DNA of 64,000 nt from Escherichia coli (GCF_016026235.1 NZ_CP065613.1), one strand, 5' to 3'. Shown: positions 20,691-31,638, counted from the first letter of the stretch. A program made the numbers and translations. The notes: generated from the sequence alone by a model not told the origin.

Positions 20691-21551
20691 GTGAGCGAAA
20701 TGGTTGATACAACTCAAACTACCACCGAGAAAAAACTCACTCAAAGTGATATTCGTGGCGTCTTCCTGCGTTCTAACCTCTTCCAGGGTTCATGGAACTT
20801 CGAACGTATGCAGGCACTGGGTTTCTGCTTCTCTATGGTACCGGCAATTCGTCGCCTCTACCCTGAGAACAACGAAGCTCGTAAACAAGCTATTCGCCGT
20901 CACCTGGAGTTCTTTAACACCCAGCCGTTCGTGGCTGCGCCGATTCTCGGCGTAACCCTGGCGCTGGAAGAACAGCGTGCTAATGGCGCAGAGATCGATG
21001 ACGGTGCTATCAACGGTATCAAAGTCGGTTTGATGGGGCCGCTGGCTGGTGTAGGCGACCCGATCTTCTGGGGAACCGTACGTCCGGTATTTGCAGCACT
21101 GGGTGCCGGTATCGCGATGAGCGGCAGCCTGTTAGGTCCGCTGCTGTTCTTCATCCTGTTTAACCTGGTGCGTCTGGCAACCCGTTACTACGGCGTAGCG
21201 TATGGTTACTCCAAAGGTATCGATATCGTTAAAGATATGGGTGGTGGCTTCCTGCAAAAACTGACGGAAGGGGCGTCTATCCTCGGCCTGTTTGTCATGG
21301 GGGCATTGGTTAACAAGTGGACACATGTCAACATCCCGCTGGTTGTCTCTCGCATTACTGACCAGACGGGCAAAGAACACGTTACTACTGTCCAGACTAT
21401 TCTGGACCAGTTAATGCCAGGCCTGGTACCACTGCTGCTGACCTTTGCTTGTATGTGGCTACTGCGCAAAAAAGTTAACCCGCTGTGGATCATCGTTGGC
21501 TTCTTCGTCATCGGTATCGCTGGTTACGCTTGCGGCCTGCTGGGACTGTAA
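20691..21551 (+). CDS. manZ: PTS mannose transporter subunit EIID
   Basis: 286-aa ORF recognised as ManZ. Confidence 0.9.
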   Translation: MSEMVDTTQTTTEKKLTQSDIRGVFLRSNLFQGSWNFERMQALGFCFSMVPAIRRLYPENNEARKQAIRRHLEFFNTQPFVAAPILGVTLALEEQRANGAEIDDGAINGIKVGLMGPLAGVGDPIFWGTVRPVFAALGAGIAMSGSLLGPLLFFILFNLVRLATRYYGVAYGYSKGIDIVKDMGGGFLQKLTEGASILGLFVMGALVNKWTHVNIPLVVSRITDQTGKEHVTTVQTILDQLMPGLVPLLLTFACMWLLRKKVNPLWIIVGFFVIGIAGYACGLLGL

Positions 21552-21567
21552 GACTGTTGTACACTAC

Positions 21568-21592
21568 CGGGGCCTTTTGGCCCCGTTTTTTT
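21568..21592 (+). terminator. rho-independent terminator of the manXYZ operon
   Basis: ccggggccttttggccccg hairpin followed by a T-run. Confidence 0.6.
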
Positions 21593-21605
21593 ATCTGGAG
21601 GATTA

Positions 21606-22064
21606 ATGACAATCACGGACCTGGTACTGATTCTTTTCATCGCCGCACTCCTGGCCTTCGCGATCTACGATCAGTTCATCATGCCCCGCCGTAACGGCCC
21701 CACCCTGCTGGCAATTCCTTTGCTCCGGCGTGGTCGCATCGATAGCGTTATCTTCGTCGGATTGATTGTCATTCTTATCTATAACAACGTCACGAATCAT
21801 GGTGCGTTAATAACGACATGGTTATTAAGCGCACTGGCTCTGATGGGTTTTTATATATTCTGGATCCGCGTTCCGAAGATCATCTTTAAACAAAAAGGTT
21901 TTTTCTTCGCCAATGTCTGGATTGAATATAGCCGAATCAAAGCGATGAACTTGTCGGAAGATGGCGTGTTGGTGATGCAATTAGAACAGCGTCGGCTGTT
22001 AATCCGCGTTCGAAATATCGACGATCTGGAAAAAATTTATAAGCTTCTCGTATCAACTCAATAA
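21606..22064 (+). CDS. yobD: UPF0266 inner membrane protein YobD
   Basis: 152-aa ORF recognised as YobD. Confidence 0.85.
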
Positions 22065-22264
22065 TTTATGAATTTAGCCAAAGCTATGTTTAGTGTATTT
22101 TTAATAATCAGACATAGCTTAGGCTATATTATCTCTTCCCTTATTTGTTATTTATATTAACGTTTCATTGATATATAAATCTAAATGAAAATCGTTATCA
22201 ATAAAGCAATGAAATAATATATTCCAACAGTTGTTTTATATTCTCAAAATATGTTAAGGTTGCG

Positions 22265-22440
22265 CCCTCATTTGGGGAGTAGCCAATTTCCAGATTCCGG
22301 AAATGTACGTGTCAACATACTCGTTGCAAAACGTGGCACGTACGGACTGAACACTTTCAGTCAGGCGAGACCATATGCACATCAATCGCTATGCCTGCAT
22401 GAACGCGAAAACCATCGCGGCTTGTTGTTCATGTATGCAT
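22265..22440 (+). promoter_or_regulatory. yybP-ykoY manganese riboswitch in the mntP 5' leader (approximate extent)
   Basis: Conserved TTGGGGAGTAGCC element at 22272..22284 in a long leader upstream of mntP; E. coli mntP is known to carry this riboswitch. Confidence 0.6.
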
Positions 22441-22492
22441 GTTTGCTGGGGGCGATGATGTGTTTTATGGATACCCCGGTCAGGACGTTGTC

Positions 22493-23059
22493 ATGAATAT
22501 CACTGCTACTGTTCTTCTTGCGTTTGGTATGTCGATGGATGCATTTGCTGCATCAATCGGTAAAGGTGCCACCCTCCATAAACCGAAATTTTCTGAAGCA
22601 TTGCGAACCGGCCTTATTTTTGGTGCCGTCGAAACCCTGACGCCGCTGATCGGCTGGGGAATGGGCATGTTAGCCAGCCGGTTTGTCCTTGAATGGAACC
22701 ACTGGATTGCGTTTGTGCTGCTGATATTCCTCGGCGGGCGAATGATTATTGAGGGTTTTCGTGGCGCAGATGATGAAGATGAAGAGCCGCGCCGTCGGCA
22801 CGGTTTCTGGCTACTGGTAACCACCGCGATTGCCACCAGCCTGGATGCCATGGCTGTGGGTGTTGGTCTTGCTTTCCTTCAGGTCAACATTATCGCGACC
22901 GCATTGGCCATTGGTTGTGCAACCTTGATTATGTCGACATTAGGGATGATGGTTGGTCGCTTTATCGGCTCAATTATTGGGAAAAAAGCGGAAATTCTCG
23001 GCGGGCTGGTGCTGATCGGCATCGGCGTCCAGATCCTCTGGACGCACTTCCACGGTTAA
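22493..23059 (+). CDS. mntP: manganese efflux pump MntP (YebN)
   Basis: Recognised as MntP; start taken at [21 protein letters not shown] inside the 206-aa track ORF. Confidence 0.85.
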
Positions 23060-23865
23060 TAAGAACGCTGCCAGAGGTGAATATTAAAGTCCGTCTGGCA
23101 GTCGAACACTTCTTTTGCTGCCAGTGTTTGCCAGACTTCTGGCTTCGCACGCCAGGCAAACGGCGTCATCTGCAATAATGCGACGGCTTCATCACCGCGA
23201 AGACGCATCGGATAACACAACTCCGCACTCTGCTGTAATGTAAAACCTTCCAGTTGTTCTGCATGAGGTGCATGAAGATGTACTTCATTGTAAATCAGCC
23301 CCTTCAGCTCCATCAAATGTCGCGGTCCCGGCGTGGCAGTAATGACCCAGCCGCCGGGCTTCACTACTCGTGCTAATTCTTCTGCTTTACACGGCGCGTA
23401 AATACGTATTATGGCGTCCATACTGGTATCGGAAAACGGCAAACGGTGGCTGGAAGCGACACAAAAAGTGACCTGCGGATAGCGTTTCGCCGCCGCTTTT
23501 ATCGCTACCTTCGAAACATCCAGACCAAACGTGGTGATTTCGGGCAACGCATCGGCAAATGCGTGTGTGTAATACCCTTCACCACAGCCAATATCCAGCA
23601 CCGCCGTGGCCTTATCATCAAGCCGTTCCCTCAGTTGGGCGACAATTGCATCACGCAGCGGCTGATAATGTCCGGCATCTAAGAATGCGCGGCGTGCTTG
23701 CATCATTTCCGCGCTGTCGCCCGGATCACGAGACCGTTTATGCTGAACGGGCAGCAGATTGACATACCCTTCTTTCGCCATATCAAACTGATGTCGCTGG
23801 GGACAGATATAGCTGTTTTTTTCACGCGAAAGAGGCTGATGGCAAAGTGGACAGGGAAAAGACAT
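23056..23865 (-). CDS. rlmA: 23S rRNA m1G745 methyltransferase RlmA
   Basis: 269-aa ORF with N-terminal Zn-binding cysteines and SAM motif DIGCGEGYY. Confidence 0.9.
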
Positions 23866-23957
23866 GACAACTCCGGCAGGATACTAAAGGCCGCAAGTGT
23901 AACGCGAATCACGCGGCGGGCAAATATCCGAACGCCAGGAGCGAAGATAAAGCATAG

Positions 23958-23985
23958 TAAAAAGCCTCGCATTCGACGAGGCTTT
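23958..23985 (-). terminator. rho-independent terminator downstream of cspC
   Basis: gcctcgtcgaatgcgaggc hairpin followed by T-run on minus strand. Confidence 0.55.
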
Positions 23986-24030
23986 ATAGCGAGATTGAAG
24001 CGTATTCACACTTCAGATCAGTGGATTCGA

Positions 24031-24240
24031 TCAGATAGCTGTTACGTTAACAGCTGCCGGACCTTTCTGGCCGTCCTGAATTTCGAACTCAACGTTCTGA
24101 CCTTCAGCCAGAGTTTTGAAGCCATTACCCTGGATAGCGGAGAAGTGTACGAACACGTCTTTGCTGCCATCAGCCGGAGTAATGAAGCCAAAACCTTTAG
24201 ACTCGTTGAACCACTTAACCTGACCTTTAATCTTTGCCAT
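24031..24240 (-). CDS. cspC: cold-shock-like protein CspC
   Basis: 69-aa [23 protein letters not shown]... Confidence 0.95.
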
Positions 24241-24252
24241 TTGAAAAATTCC

Positions 24253-24396
24253 TTAGATTGTTTTCTTCGCCCGCAGGCATAACATAGATAAAACTGACAC
24301 ATTACTGCATGAGGCACCAATATAAGGCTCGGCAGAGAAGCGGTATTCAACGTCAACGTGTTTACTCAGGACTTCTTTACTGAAAATGCCACACAT
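24253..24396 (-). CDS. yobF: small protein YobF
   Basis: Manual translation of minus strand gives 47 aa [47 protein letters not shown]; below the track cutoff. Confidence 0.85.
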
Positions 24397-25064
24397 AAAC
24401 AGAACTGTACCTCGTTTAACCCGAAATCTGTTATCACATACAACGTTAATTATGGCAAGCCATTTTTAAACATGTCTCGATCAGACGCACAAATCTCGAT
24501 ACGTCTTCCACTTTTTTTGCACACTTATGCAACGGAATACGCGCTGATATATCATTGTGCTTAACCTTGCCAGTTCAGGCAGATACTTAAACTGGCGTAT
24601 TTTCTAACATAGTTCAATAAGTTCAGTTGTTCCAGGCCAGTGGGAGAAGTTATTACATAGTGCGTGCAATATCACATTTTTTGCTATGCAATGAATAAAA
24701 AGTTATATCACTTTTTCTCATAAAACAGTCAGTTAACGGCTATCAATTACCCTAAAGAGAAGTCAATCCCCAAAGGGATTGAAAATTTAAAATAAGAAAA
24801 ATTGATGAATGAGCAAAAAATCAAGAAAGAAACGTTTCGCTAATAAATAATACCACGCTTAATCACAAATCCGATGTAAACATCCTAATAAATTAATGAG
24901 GAAAATATCTTTTTCTGATATCCCGTTACGCAAATAAATAATATGATAATTATTTGAAGTCAGACCAGAGTTTTAATTTGAAGCAGTTGCACCATGGCAG
25001 TGCGTATAATCAGGATGAATTGAGTAACCCTTCAACGACGGGGTTACTCAAGATTGAGGAAGGA

Positions 25065-25352
25065 TTATCGTTCGGCGACCAGACGAATAATATCTTCGTC
25101 TTCAACCGATTTTTGACTCTCAACGGTCTTTTTATCTGCTTTCTCAGGTTCGTTTGCTTCGCACAAACGACGTAACAGTGCATTTTGACGTTTTTGCTGA
25201 TCCAGCAACGCCTCAAGCAGTTCAATCTGTTCGTTAGTCCGTGAACTGGCACGATTGATAAAAAACCACAAGATGAGCCCGATAAGAAGAACCACCACCG
25301 ATACAACCAAAGACGCAATGTTCATCACGCCTGAATTTACAACTTCGTTCAT
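25065..25352 (-). CDS. yebO: small membrane protein YebO
   Basis: 95-aa ORF recognised as YebO. Confidence 0.85.
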   Translation of the reverse strand: MNEVVNSGVMNIASLVVSVVVLLIGLILWFFINRASSRTNEQIELLEALLDQQKRQNALLRRLCEANEPEKADKKTVESQKSVEDEDIIRLVAER

Positions 25353-25426
25353 TTCACCACCTCTGAGTAGAGGCGCTATTCTACCACTGCTGGAGAGGAA
25401 GAAAATCTAGTGCTGAAAAAATGATA

Positions 25427-25570
25427 TCACCACGGGATAAACTGGTTAATGGCACAAATTCCGCTGAAAAATTGTACATCCTGATCGCACATCATGTTGA
25501 ATACCTGCGCCCAAAGCAGCAAGCAAGCCAACACCACGACAACCAGAACGACCCATCGAAACTTTTTCAC
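25427..25570 (-). CDS. mgrB: PhoQ-inhibiting small membrane protein MgrB
   Basis: Manual translation of minus strand gives 47 aa [47 protein letters not shown]; start codon here is GTG. Confidence 0.85.
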
Positions 25571-25728
25571 TCCAATCTCCGCTTCACCTACCTTATGTCA
25601 TTAAACTAGCATGCGTTAGTTAAACAGCGCCTAACTATGTCGATATTCGTGCTTTTTCGGAATGAGTAGCTTGCTTCAGCGCATATTGCCGCTACGATTA
25701 AGCGAACATAAAAAGAGAAGAGGTTGTA

Positions 25729-25968
25729 ATGCGATTCATCATTCGCACAGTTATGCTGATAGCACTGGTATGGATAGGATTATTACTCAGCGGATATGGC
25801 GTTTTGATTGGAAGCAAAGAGAATGCCGCAGGATTAGGTTTGCAATGTACCTATCTGACTGCCAGAGGCACCAGCACGGTACAATACTTGCACACTAAAA
25901 GTGGTTTCTTGGGGATAACAGATTGCCCACTGTTACGTAAAAGCAATATCGTGGTCGATAATGGTTAA
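25729..25968 (+). CDS. yobH: small membrane protein YobH
   Basis: 79-aa ORF recognised as YobH. Confidence 0.8.
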   Translation: MRFIIRTVMLIALVWIGLLLSGYGVLIGSKENAAGLGLQCTYLTARGTSTVQYLHTKSGFLGITDCPLLRKSNIVVDNG

Positions 25969-26068
25969 GGGTAATAAACAACCAGATTCTCACTCATGAG
26001 TAAAATATTCTTATAGCAAGCGCGTTTAATATAACGCACCTTCAACTTTATTTTTCTCATGCTAAATA

Positions 26069-26103
26069 AAGAACCTGTCTGTTTGATATTCCGACAGGTT
26101 CTT
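26069..26103. terminator. bidirectional terminator hairpin between yobH and kdgR
   Basis: aagaacctgtc...gacaggttctt inverted repeat. Confidence 0.5.
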
Positions 26104-26110
26104 ACTCTCA

Positions 26111-26902
26111 TCAGAACGGATAGTCGTGATAACCCATTTGGGCAGAAATTTTGCGCGCTGCGGTATGCAACATTGCGACATATTCCTGTAAACGCTCTTC
26201 AGAGAAACGCAACGTCGGGAAGGAGATGCTCAAACCGGCAATGACCACGCCAAAGCGATCAAATACCGGAACCGCAATGCATCGCAGCCCTTCTTCCTGC
26301 TCTTCGTTATCTTCGCCATACCCCTGCTCGCGCACCTGGTCCAGAACGGGTAATAACGCTTCTGTACTGGTGATGGTCCGCTCGGTACTGCGTTTATACT
26401 CCACGCCCTCAAGAATTTGCTTCACTTCATCGAGATCGCGCCATGCCAGCAGTACCTTACCAATCGCGGTGCTGTACAGCGGATTACGACGCCCAATCCG
26501 TGAATACATGCGCAAATTGTACATAGAGTCAATTTTGTGAATGTAAACAATACTGTCTTCGTCCAGTGCGCCGAGGTGGATAGTTTCTTTGGTCAGGCGG
26601 GAGATCTCACGCATCTGGATATCTGCGCTACGAATTAAATCGACGTTTTGTAACGCGCGAGCGCCCAGTTCAAACAATTTCAGGGTCAGGGAATATTTCT
26701 CCGACTCCCCTTCCTGCGCCACATAACCTAAGGTTTTCATGGTCTGTAAAAAGCGATAAACGGTGCTTTTTGACATCATGACGCGCTGCGACAGCTCGGT
26801 TATCCCTATTTCGCGCTCTTCACCCAGCGCCTGCAAAATGCCAAAAACTTTTAGCACGGAAGATACAGAATCAGGCTGTTTATCCAGATCTGCGTTAGCC
26901 AT
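26111..26902 (-). CDS. kdgR: IclR-family transcriptional repressor KdgR
   Basis: 263-aa ORF recognised as KdgR. Confidence 0.9.
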   Translation of the reverse strand: MANADLDKQPDSVSSVLKVFGILQALGEEREIGITELSQRVMMSKSTVYRFLQTMKTLGYVAQEGESEKYSLTLKLFELGARALQNVDLIRSADIQMREISRLTKETIHLGALDEDSIVYIHKIDSMYNLRMYSRIGRRNPLYSTAIGKVLLAWRDLDEVKQILEGVEYKRSTERTITSTEALLPVLDQVREQGYGEDNEEQEEGLRCIAVPVFDRFGVVIAGLSISFPTLRFSEERLQEYVAMLHTAARKISAQMGYHDYPF

Positions 26903-27078
26903 TTATCACCTCATTGCGAGTGTTTTATAAAAATCAGAACTGTTTTTTATTATAATTTCGCACCAGGGTGGTCGCAATCCATCTTTTGCCGGTTAGTTAC
27001 AATTCTGCGACATCCACCGTGAATATCAGTGCTAGAATCATACCCCTGTTGATTATTCACCAAAGATATAAAATTCCT

Positions 27079-28452
27079 ATGCCAAAAGTTCAGGCCGACG
27101 GCCTGCCGTTGCCCCAGCGATACGGTGCGATATTAACCATTGTGATTGGTATTTCGATGGCTGTCCTTGACGGCGCAATCGCCAACGTAGCCCTGCCAAC
27201 AATCGCCACGGACCTTCATGCCACGCCAGCCAGTTCCATCTGGGTAGTGAACGCCTATCAAATCGCCATTGTCATCTCCCTGCTCTCGTTTTCGTTTCTG
27301 GGTGATATGTTTGGCTATCGACGTATTTATAAATGCGGTCTGGTCGTTTTTCTGTTGTCTTCACTGTTCTGCGCCCTTTCTGATTCGCTGCAAATACTCA
27401 CCCTTGCGCGTGTCATACAAGGTTTCGGCGGTGCAGCGTTGATGAGCGTTAATACCGCCCTTATCCGCCTGATCTATCCACAACGTTTTCTGGGTAGAGG
27501 GATGGGCATAAACTCGTTTATTGTTGCCGTCTCTTCTGCTGCCGGGCCGACAATTGCTGCAGCAATCCTCTCCATCGCATCCTGGAAATGGTTATTTTTA
27601 ATCAATGTACCGTTGGGTATTATCGCCCTGCTTCTGGCGATGCGTTTTCTGCCACCCAATGGTTCTCGCGCCAGTAAACCCCGTTTCGACCTGCCCAGCG
27701 CCGTGATGAACGCGTTAACCTTCGGCCTGCTTATCACTGCGTTGAGTGGTTTCGCTCAGGGGCAATCGCTGACGTTAATTGCTGCGGAACTGGTTGTAAT
27801 GGTTGTCGTTGGTATTTTCTTTATTCGCCGCCAGCTTTCTCTTCCAGTACCGCTGCTACCGGTGGATTTACTGCGTATCCCGCTGTTTTCACTTTCTATT
27901 TGCACATCTGTTTGCTCTTTCTGCGCACAAATGCTGGCAATGGTTTCCCTGCCCTTTTACCTGCAAACCGTGCTCGGGCGTAGTGAAGTCGAAACAGGTT
28001 TACTTCTGACACCGTGGCCGTTAGCAACGATGGTGATGGCTCCGTTGGCAGGCTATTTGATTGAACGCGTACATGCAGGATTGCTGGGTGCTTTAGGATT
28101 ATTCATCATGGCTGCGGGGCTTTTTTCCCTGGTTCTGCTGCCCGCGTCACCTGCGGATATCAATATTATCTGGCCGATGATCTTATGTGGCGCTGGATTT
28201 GGCTTGTTCCAGTCACCCAATAACCACACCATTATTACCTCCGCTCCTCGCGAACGTAGCGGTGGAGCCAGTGGCATGTTAGGAACGGCTCGTCTACTGG
28301 GTCAGAGTAGCGGCGCGGCGCTGGTGGCGCTGATGCTAAATCAGTTTGGAGATAATGGTACACACGTCTCGCTGATGGCTGCGGCTATTCTGGCAGTGAT
28401 TGCTGCCTGTGTCAGTGGTTTACGTATCACTCAGCCACGATCCAGGGCATAA
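27079..28452 (+). CDS. yebQ: MFS transporter YebQ
   Basis: Recognised as YebQ; start taken at MPKVQADGLPLPQRYG inside the 494-aa track ORF. Confidence 0.8.
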   Translation: MPKVQADGLPLPQRYGAILTIVIGISMAVLDGAIANVALPTIATDLHATPASSIWVVNAYQIAIVISLLSFSFLGDMFGYRRIYKCGLVVFLLSSLFCALSDSLQILTLARVIQGFGGAALMSVNTALIRLIYPQRFLGRGMGINSFIVAVSSAAGPTIAAAILSIASWKWLFLINVPLGIIALLLAMRFLPPNGSRASKPRFDLPSAVMNALTFGLLITALSGFAQGQSLTLIAAELVVMVVVGIFFIRRQLSLPVPLLPVDLLRIPLFSLSICTSVCSFCAQMLAMVSLPFYLQTVLGRSEVETGLLLTPWPLATMVMAPLAGYLIERVHAGLLGALGLFIMAAGLFSLVLLPASPADINIIWPMILCGAGFGLFQSPNNHTIITSAPRERSGGASGMLGTARLLGQSSGAALVALMLNQFGDNGTHVSLMAAAILAVIAACVSGLRITQPRSRA

Positions 28453-28482
28453 AAAAAGCGCGTCGATCAGGACGCGCTTTTT
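28453..28482. terminator. bidirectional terminator between yebQ and htpX
   Basis: aaaaaaagcgcgtcgatcaggacgcgcttttt hairpin flanked by A and T runs. Confidence 0.55.
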
Positions 28483-28497
28483 AGTATTTACTTCATA

Positions 28498-29379
28498 TTA
28501 CTTCAGGTATTCACCCGTACGCAGAGCTTCAATTCGTTTATCCAGCGGCGGGTGAGTCATGAACAACTCACTGAGCGATTTCGACTTACCGTTAATGCAG
28601 AAAGCCATCATGCTGGTTGCTTCTTGCGGTTCATAGCTGGTTTTCAGGCGCTGCAGCGCGGCAATCATTTTCTCGCGACCAACCAGTTTTGCCGAACCGG
28701 CATCTGCATGGAATTCACGATGACGCGAGAACCACATGGTGATAATGCTCGCCAGAATACCAAACACCAGTTCCAGAACCGTTGCAACCGCAAAGTAGAT
28801 CAGCGGGTTGCCGTTGCTCTCTTCACCTTCATCACGATTTCCGCCCATAAAACCCGCGGTAAGCTGCGCCAGGATACGGGAAATAAAGATAACGAAGGTG
28901 TTCACCACGCCCTGAATCAGCGTCATGGTGACCATATCACCATTGGCGATGTGGCTGATTTCGTGAGCAATTACCGCCTCGGCTTCATCCGGGCTCATGT
29001 TCTGCAGCAAACCGGTGCTGACAGCAACCAGAGAGGCATCACGGCGCGCACCGGTTGCAAAAGCGTTGATGTCCGGCGCATGGTAGATAGCCACTTGCGG
29101 CATAGCGATCCCCGCCTGACGAGCCTGGGTTGCTACAGTATTGACCAGCCAACGTTCCCTTTCGTTACGCGGTTGCTCGATCACTTCCCCGCCAACAGAT
29201 CGTAATGCCATCCATTTGGACATCAGAAGCGAAACGAAGGAACCACCAAAACCGAACAGCAAGGCCATGATCATCAGCCCCTGAACGCTGCTCGACTGTA
29301 TCCCTGTCAGGCTCAGTACCAGCCCGAAAACGACCATTACGGCCAGGTTCGTTAGCAGGAAGAGCGCGATTCGCATCAT
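28498..29379 (-). CDS. htpX: heat-shock membrane zinc metalloprotease HtpX
   Basis: 293-aa ORF with HEISH zinc motif. Confidence 0.9.
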   Translation of the reverse strand: MMRIALFLLTNLAVMVVFGLVLSLTGIQSSSVQGLMIMALLFGFGGSFVSLLMSKWMALRSVGGEVIEQPRNERERWLVNTVATQARQAGIAMPQVAIYHAPDINAFATGARRDASLVAVSTGLLQNMSPDEAEAVIAHEISHIANGDMVTMTLIQGVVNTFVIFISRILAQLTAGFMGGNRDEGEESNGNPLIYFAVATVLELVFGILASIITMWFSRHREFHADAGSAKLVGREKMIAALQRLKTSYEPQEATSMMAFCINGKSKSLSELFMTHPPLDKRIEALRTGEYLK

Positions 29380-29570
29380 AATTTTCTTTTTACCTCAGTT
29401 TAACAAAACGCAATATGCGATACCCACATCGTATGGGTTACGCGACTATTTTCAAGTCTGGATAGTGCGTAAGTCACCAGAAAGACACAACTTTACATTT
29501 TGTAGCATCTGATTTACGGCATCTTGCCGCTGTTAAAAAATCAGGCACAATTTCTTGTGCCTGATTGATA

Positions 29571-31619
29571 TTACTTGACGGGTGCGGGTTGTTCCGCGGG
29601 TCTGGCTTTTTCAAGCTTCGCCAGATCGAGTGCGATATTCACCGTCTCATCCAGATAAGGATCCGGCTCCTGGTAATCTTTCGGTAGATCATCCAGTTTC
29701 TTCAACTCCGGTTTACCTTCGCGTTTAAAGCGTTCGTTCAAACGCGCCAGACGCGTCGCATCATCTTCATTATTCTCTTTCTCACGCACAGCGTAATTCA
29801 GAGAAACGATATTGCGCTTGTCCTTCATAGCGTTGAAGCGCGCGATATCCTTCATGATGTTCTGGAACTCAGGATCTTTCGCGATACGCGCATTATGTTC
29901 CTTCAGTAGCTCCGGTTCAAAGGCCGTTAAATCTCCTGATTTCACATAAGTCGCGGCATCAATGCTATCCCACGGCAGCGCGTTATCTTCGAATTTCTCA
30001 CCCGTTTCCGTTTCTTCATTACCCGTCGGCATGATGATGTCTGGCGTTACGCCTTTACGTTGCGTACTGCCGCCGTTAACGCGATAGAATTTCTGGATCG
30101 TGTACTGCACAGAACCCAGCGCTGGCCATTCAGGACGTAACATCTGATCGTAAATACGGTTCAATGAACGGTATTGCTGAACGGTGCCTTTACCAAACGT
30201 CGGTTCACCCACAACCAGCGCACGACCGTAATCCTGCATTGCCGCGGCAAAGATTTCTGAAGCCGAAGCACTGAAGCGGTCAACCAGTACCACCAGCGGG
30301 CCTTTATAGAAAACCTGTCCGTCGGTATCGCTGCCTTCACGAACTTTACCGTTGTTATCACGGACCTGAACAATAGGACCCGCAGGAATAAACAGACCTG
30401 AGAGCGATACCGCTTCGGTCAACGCCCCACCGCCATTGCTACGCAGGTCGATGATCACACTGCTGACATTCTGTTTTTCCAGTTTCTGCAGTTGTACTTT
30501 GACATCGTCTGTCAAACCCACATAGAAGCCAGGAATATCCAGCACGCCGACTTTCTCTTTACCGACGGTCTTCACCGACATTTTAACCGCGCGGTCTTCG
30601 AGACGAATACGTTCACGGGTCAATGTTACAGTGCGGGTCTTGGTCCCTTTACCAGCAGGTAAAATTTCCAGACGAACTTTACTGCCCTTCGGCCCTTTAA
30701 TTAAGGCAACCACATCATCAAGACGCCAGCCAATCACGTCAACCATCGGCTTGCCTGTTTGACCAACACCGACAATTTTGTCACCAACGCTGATAGCTTT
30801 ACTCTTCGCTGCCGGACCACCTGCCACCATCGAATTGATAACGGTGTAGTCATCATCCATTTGCAGCACTGCGCCAATACCTTCCAGCGACAAACTCATT
30901 TCAGTGTTGAACTGTTCGGTATTACGCGGGGAAAGATAGTTGGTATGCGGGTCGATTTCACGCGCAAACGCCGTCATTGCCAGCGAGAAAACATCTTCGC
31001 TGTTGGTTTGCGCCAGACGACGAATGGCAAATTTGTAGCGGCGTGTCAGGGTTTCACGAATTTCTTTATCCGTTTTTCCTGCCAGCTTCAGGCTTAACTC
31101 GTCGAATTTAACTTTACTGTCCCACAGCGCGTTCAACTCAGCCTCGTTTTTCGGCCAGGGCGCTTTGCTGCGGTCAAGGTTATAAGTGTCGTTGCCGGTG
31201 AAATCCATCGGCTTTTCCAGTACCGACAAAGCGTACTGGTAACGCTCAAAACGGCGCTTTTGCGCCAGATTGTAGAGATCGTAGAAAACGTCGAGTTTGC
31301 CTGAACGCAGTTCATCGCCTAACTCGGTTTTCTTTTTCGCGAACTGTTCAACATCGCTTGCCAGCAGCACGTTGTGGCTGTAATCGAGCAGATTCAGGTA
31401 ACGGTCAAAGATTTTGGCCGAAAATGCCTGATCGAGGTCGAACTGGCGATAATGAGAACGGGTGAAGCGCGACGTTACGCGCTCACTTACCGTCGCATGC
31501 TGCGTCTCTTCCTTTAATACCGGAATTTGATCAGCACGCGTGATATCTTCTACAGCGAAGGTCTGGCCTGCTATTGCAAACAGGCCAGCTAACGCGGTAA
31601 GCCTAAAAAACATGTTCAT
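29571..31619 (-). CDS. prc: tail-specific (C-terminal processing) protease Prc
   Basis: Recognised as Prc; start taken at MNMFFRLTALAG inside the 698-aa track ORF. Confidence 0.9.
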   Translation of the reverse strand: MNMFFRLTALAGLFAIAGQTFAVEDITRADQIPVLKEETQHATVSERVTSRFTRSHYRQFDLDQAFSAKIFDRYLNLLDYSHNVLLASDVEQFAKKKTELGDELRSGKLDVFYDLYNLAQKRRFERYQYALSVLEKPMDFTGNDTYNLDRSKAPWPKNEAELNALWDSKVKFDELSLKLAGKTDKEIRETLTRRYKFAIRRLAQTNSEDVFSLAMTAFAREIDPHTNYLSPRNTEQFNTEMSLSLEGIGAVLQMDDDYTVINSMVAGGPAAKSKAISVGDKIVGVGQTGKPMVDVIGWRLDDVVALIKGPKGSKVRLEILPAGKGTKTRTVTLTRERIRLEDRAVKMSVKTVGKEKVGVLDIPGFYVGLTDDVKVQLQKLEKQNVSSVIIDLRSNGGGALTEAVSLSGLFIPAGPIVQVRDNNGKVREGSDTDGQVFYKGPLVVLVDRFSASASEIFAAAMQDYGRALVVGEPTFGKGTVQQYRSLNRIYDQMLRPEWPALGSVQYTIQKFYRVNGGSTQRKGVTPDIIMPTGNEETETGEKFEDNALPWDSIDAATYVKSGDLTAFEPELLKEHNARIAKDPEFQNIMKDIARFNAMKDKRNIVSLNYAVREKENNEDDATRLARLNERFKREGKPELKKLDDLPKDYQEPDPYLDETVNIALDLAKLEKARPAEQPAPVK

Positions 31620-31638
31620 GCCTGGCCCGGCCTCCGTT

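Noticed and set aside
22251-22496. 81-aa ORF upstream of mntP
   Set aside because: Lies within the Mn riboswitch leader; better explained as non-coding RNA.
23698-24282. 194-aa plus-strand ORF
   Set aside because: Antisense to the rlmA start region and to cspC; explained by the real genes on the other strand.
25571-25640. PhoP box upstream of mgrB
   Set aside because: mgrB is PhoP-activated, but the GTTTAA repeats I found are spaced 19 bp start-to-start rather than the canonical 11 bp, so I could not place the box confidently.
28552-29205. 217-aa plus-strand ORF
   Set aside because: Antisense within htpX.
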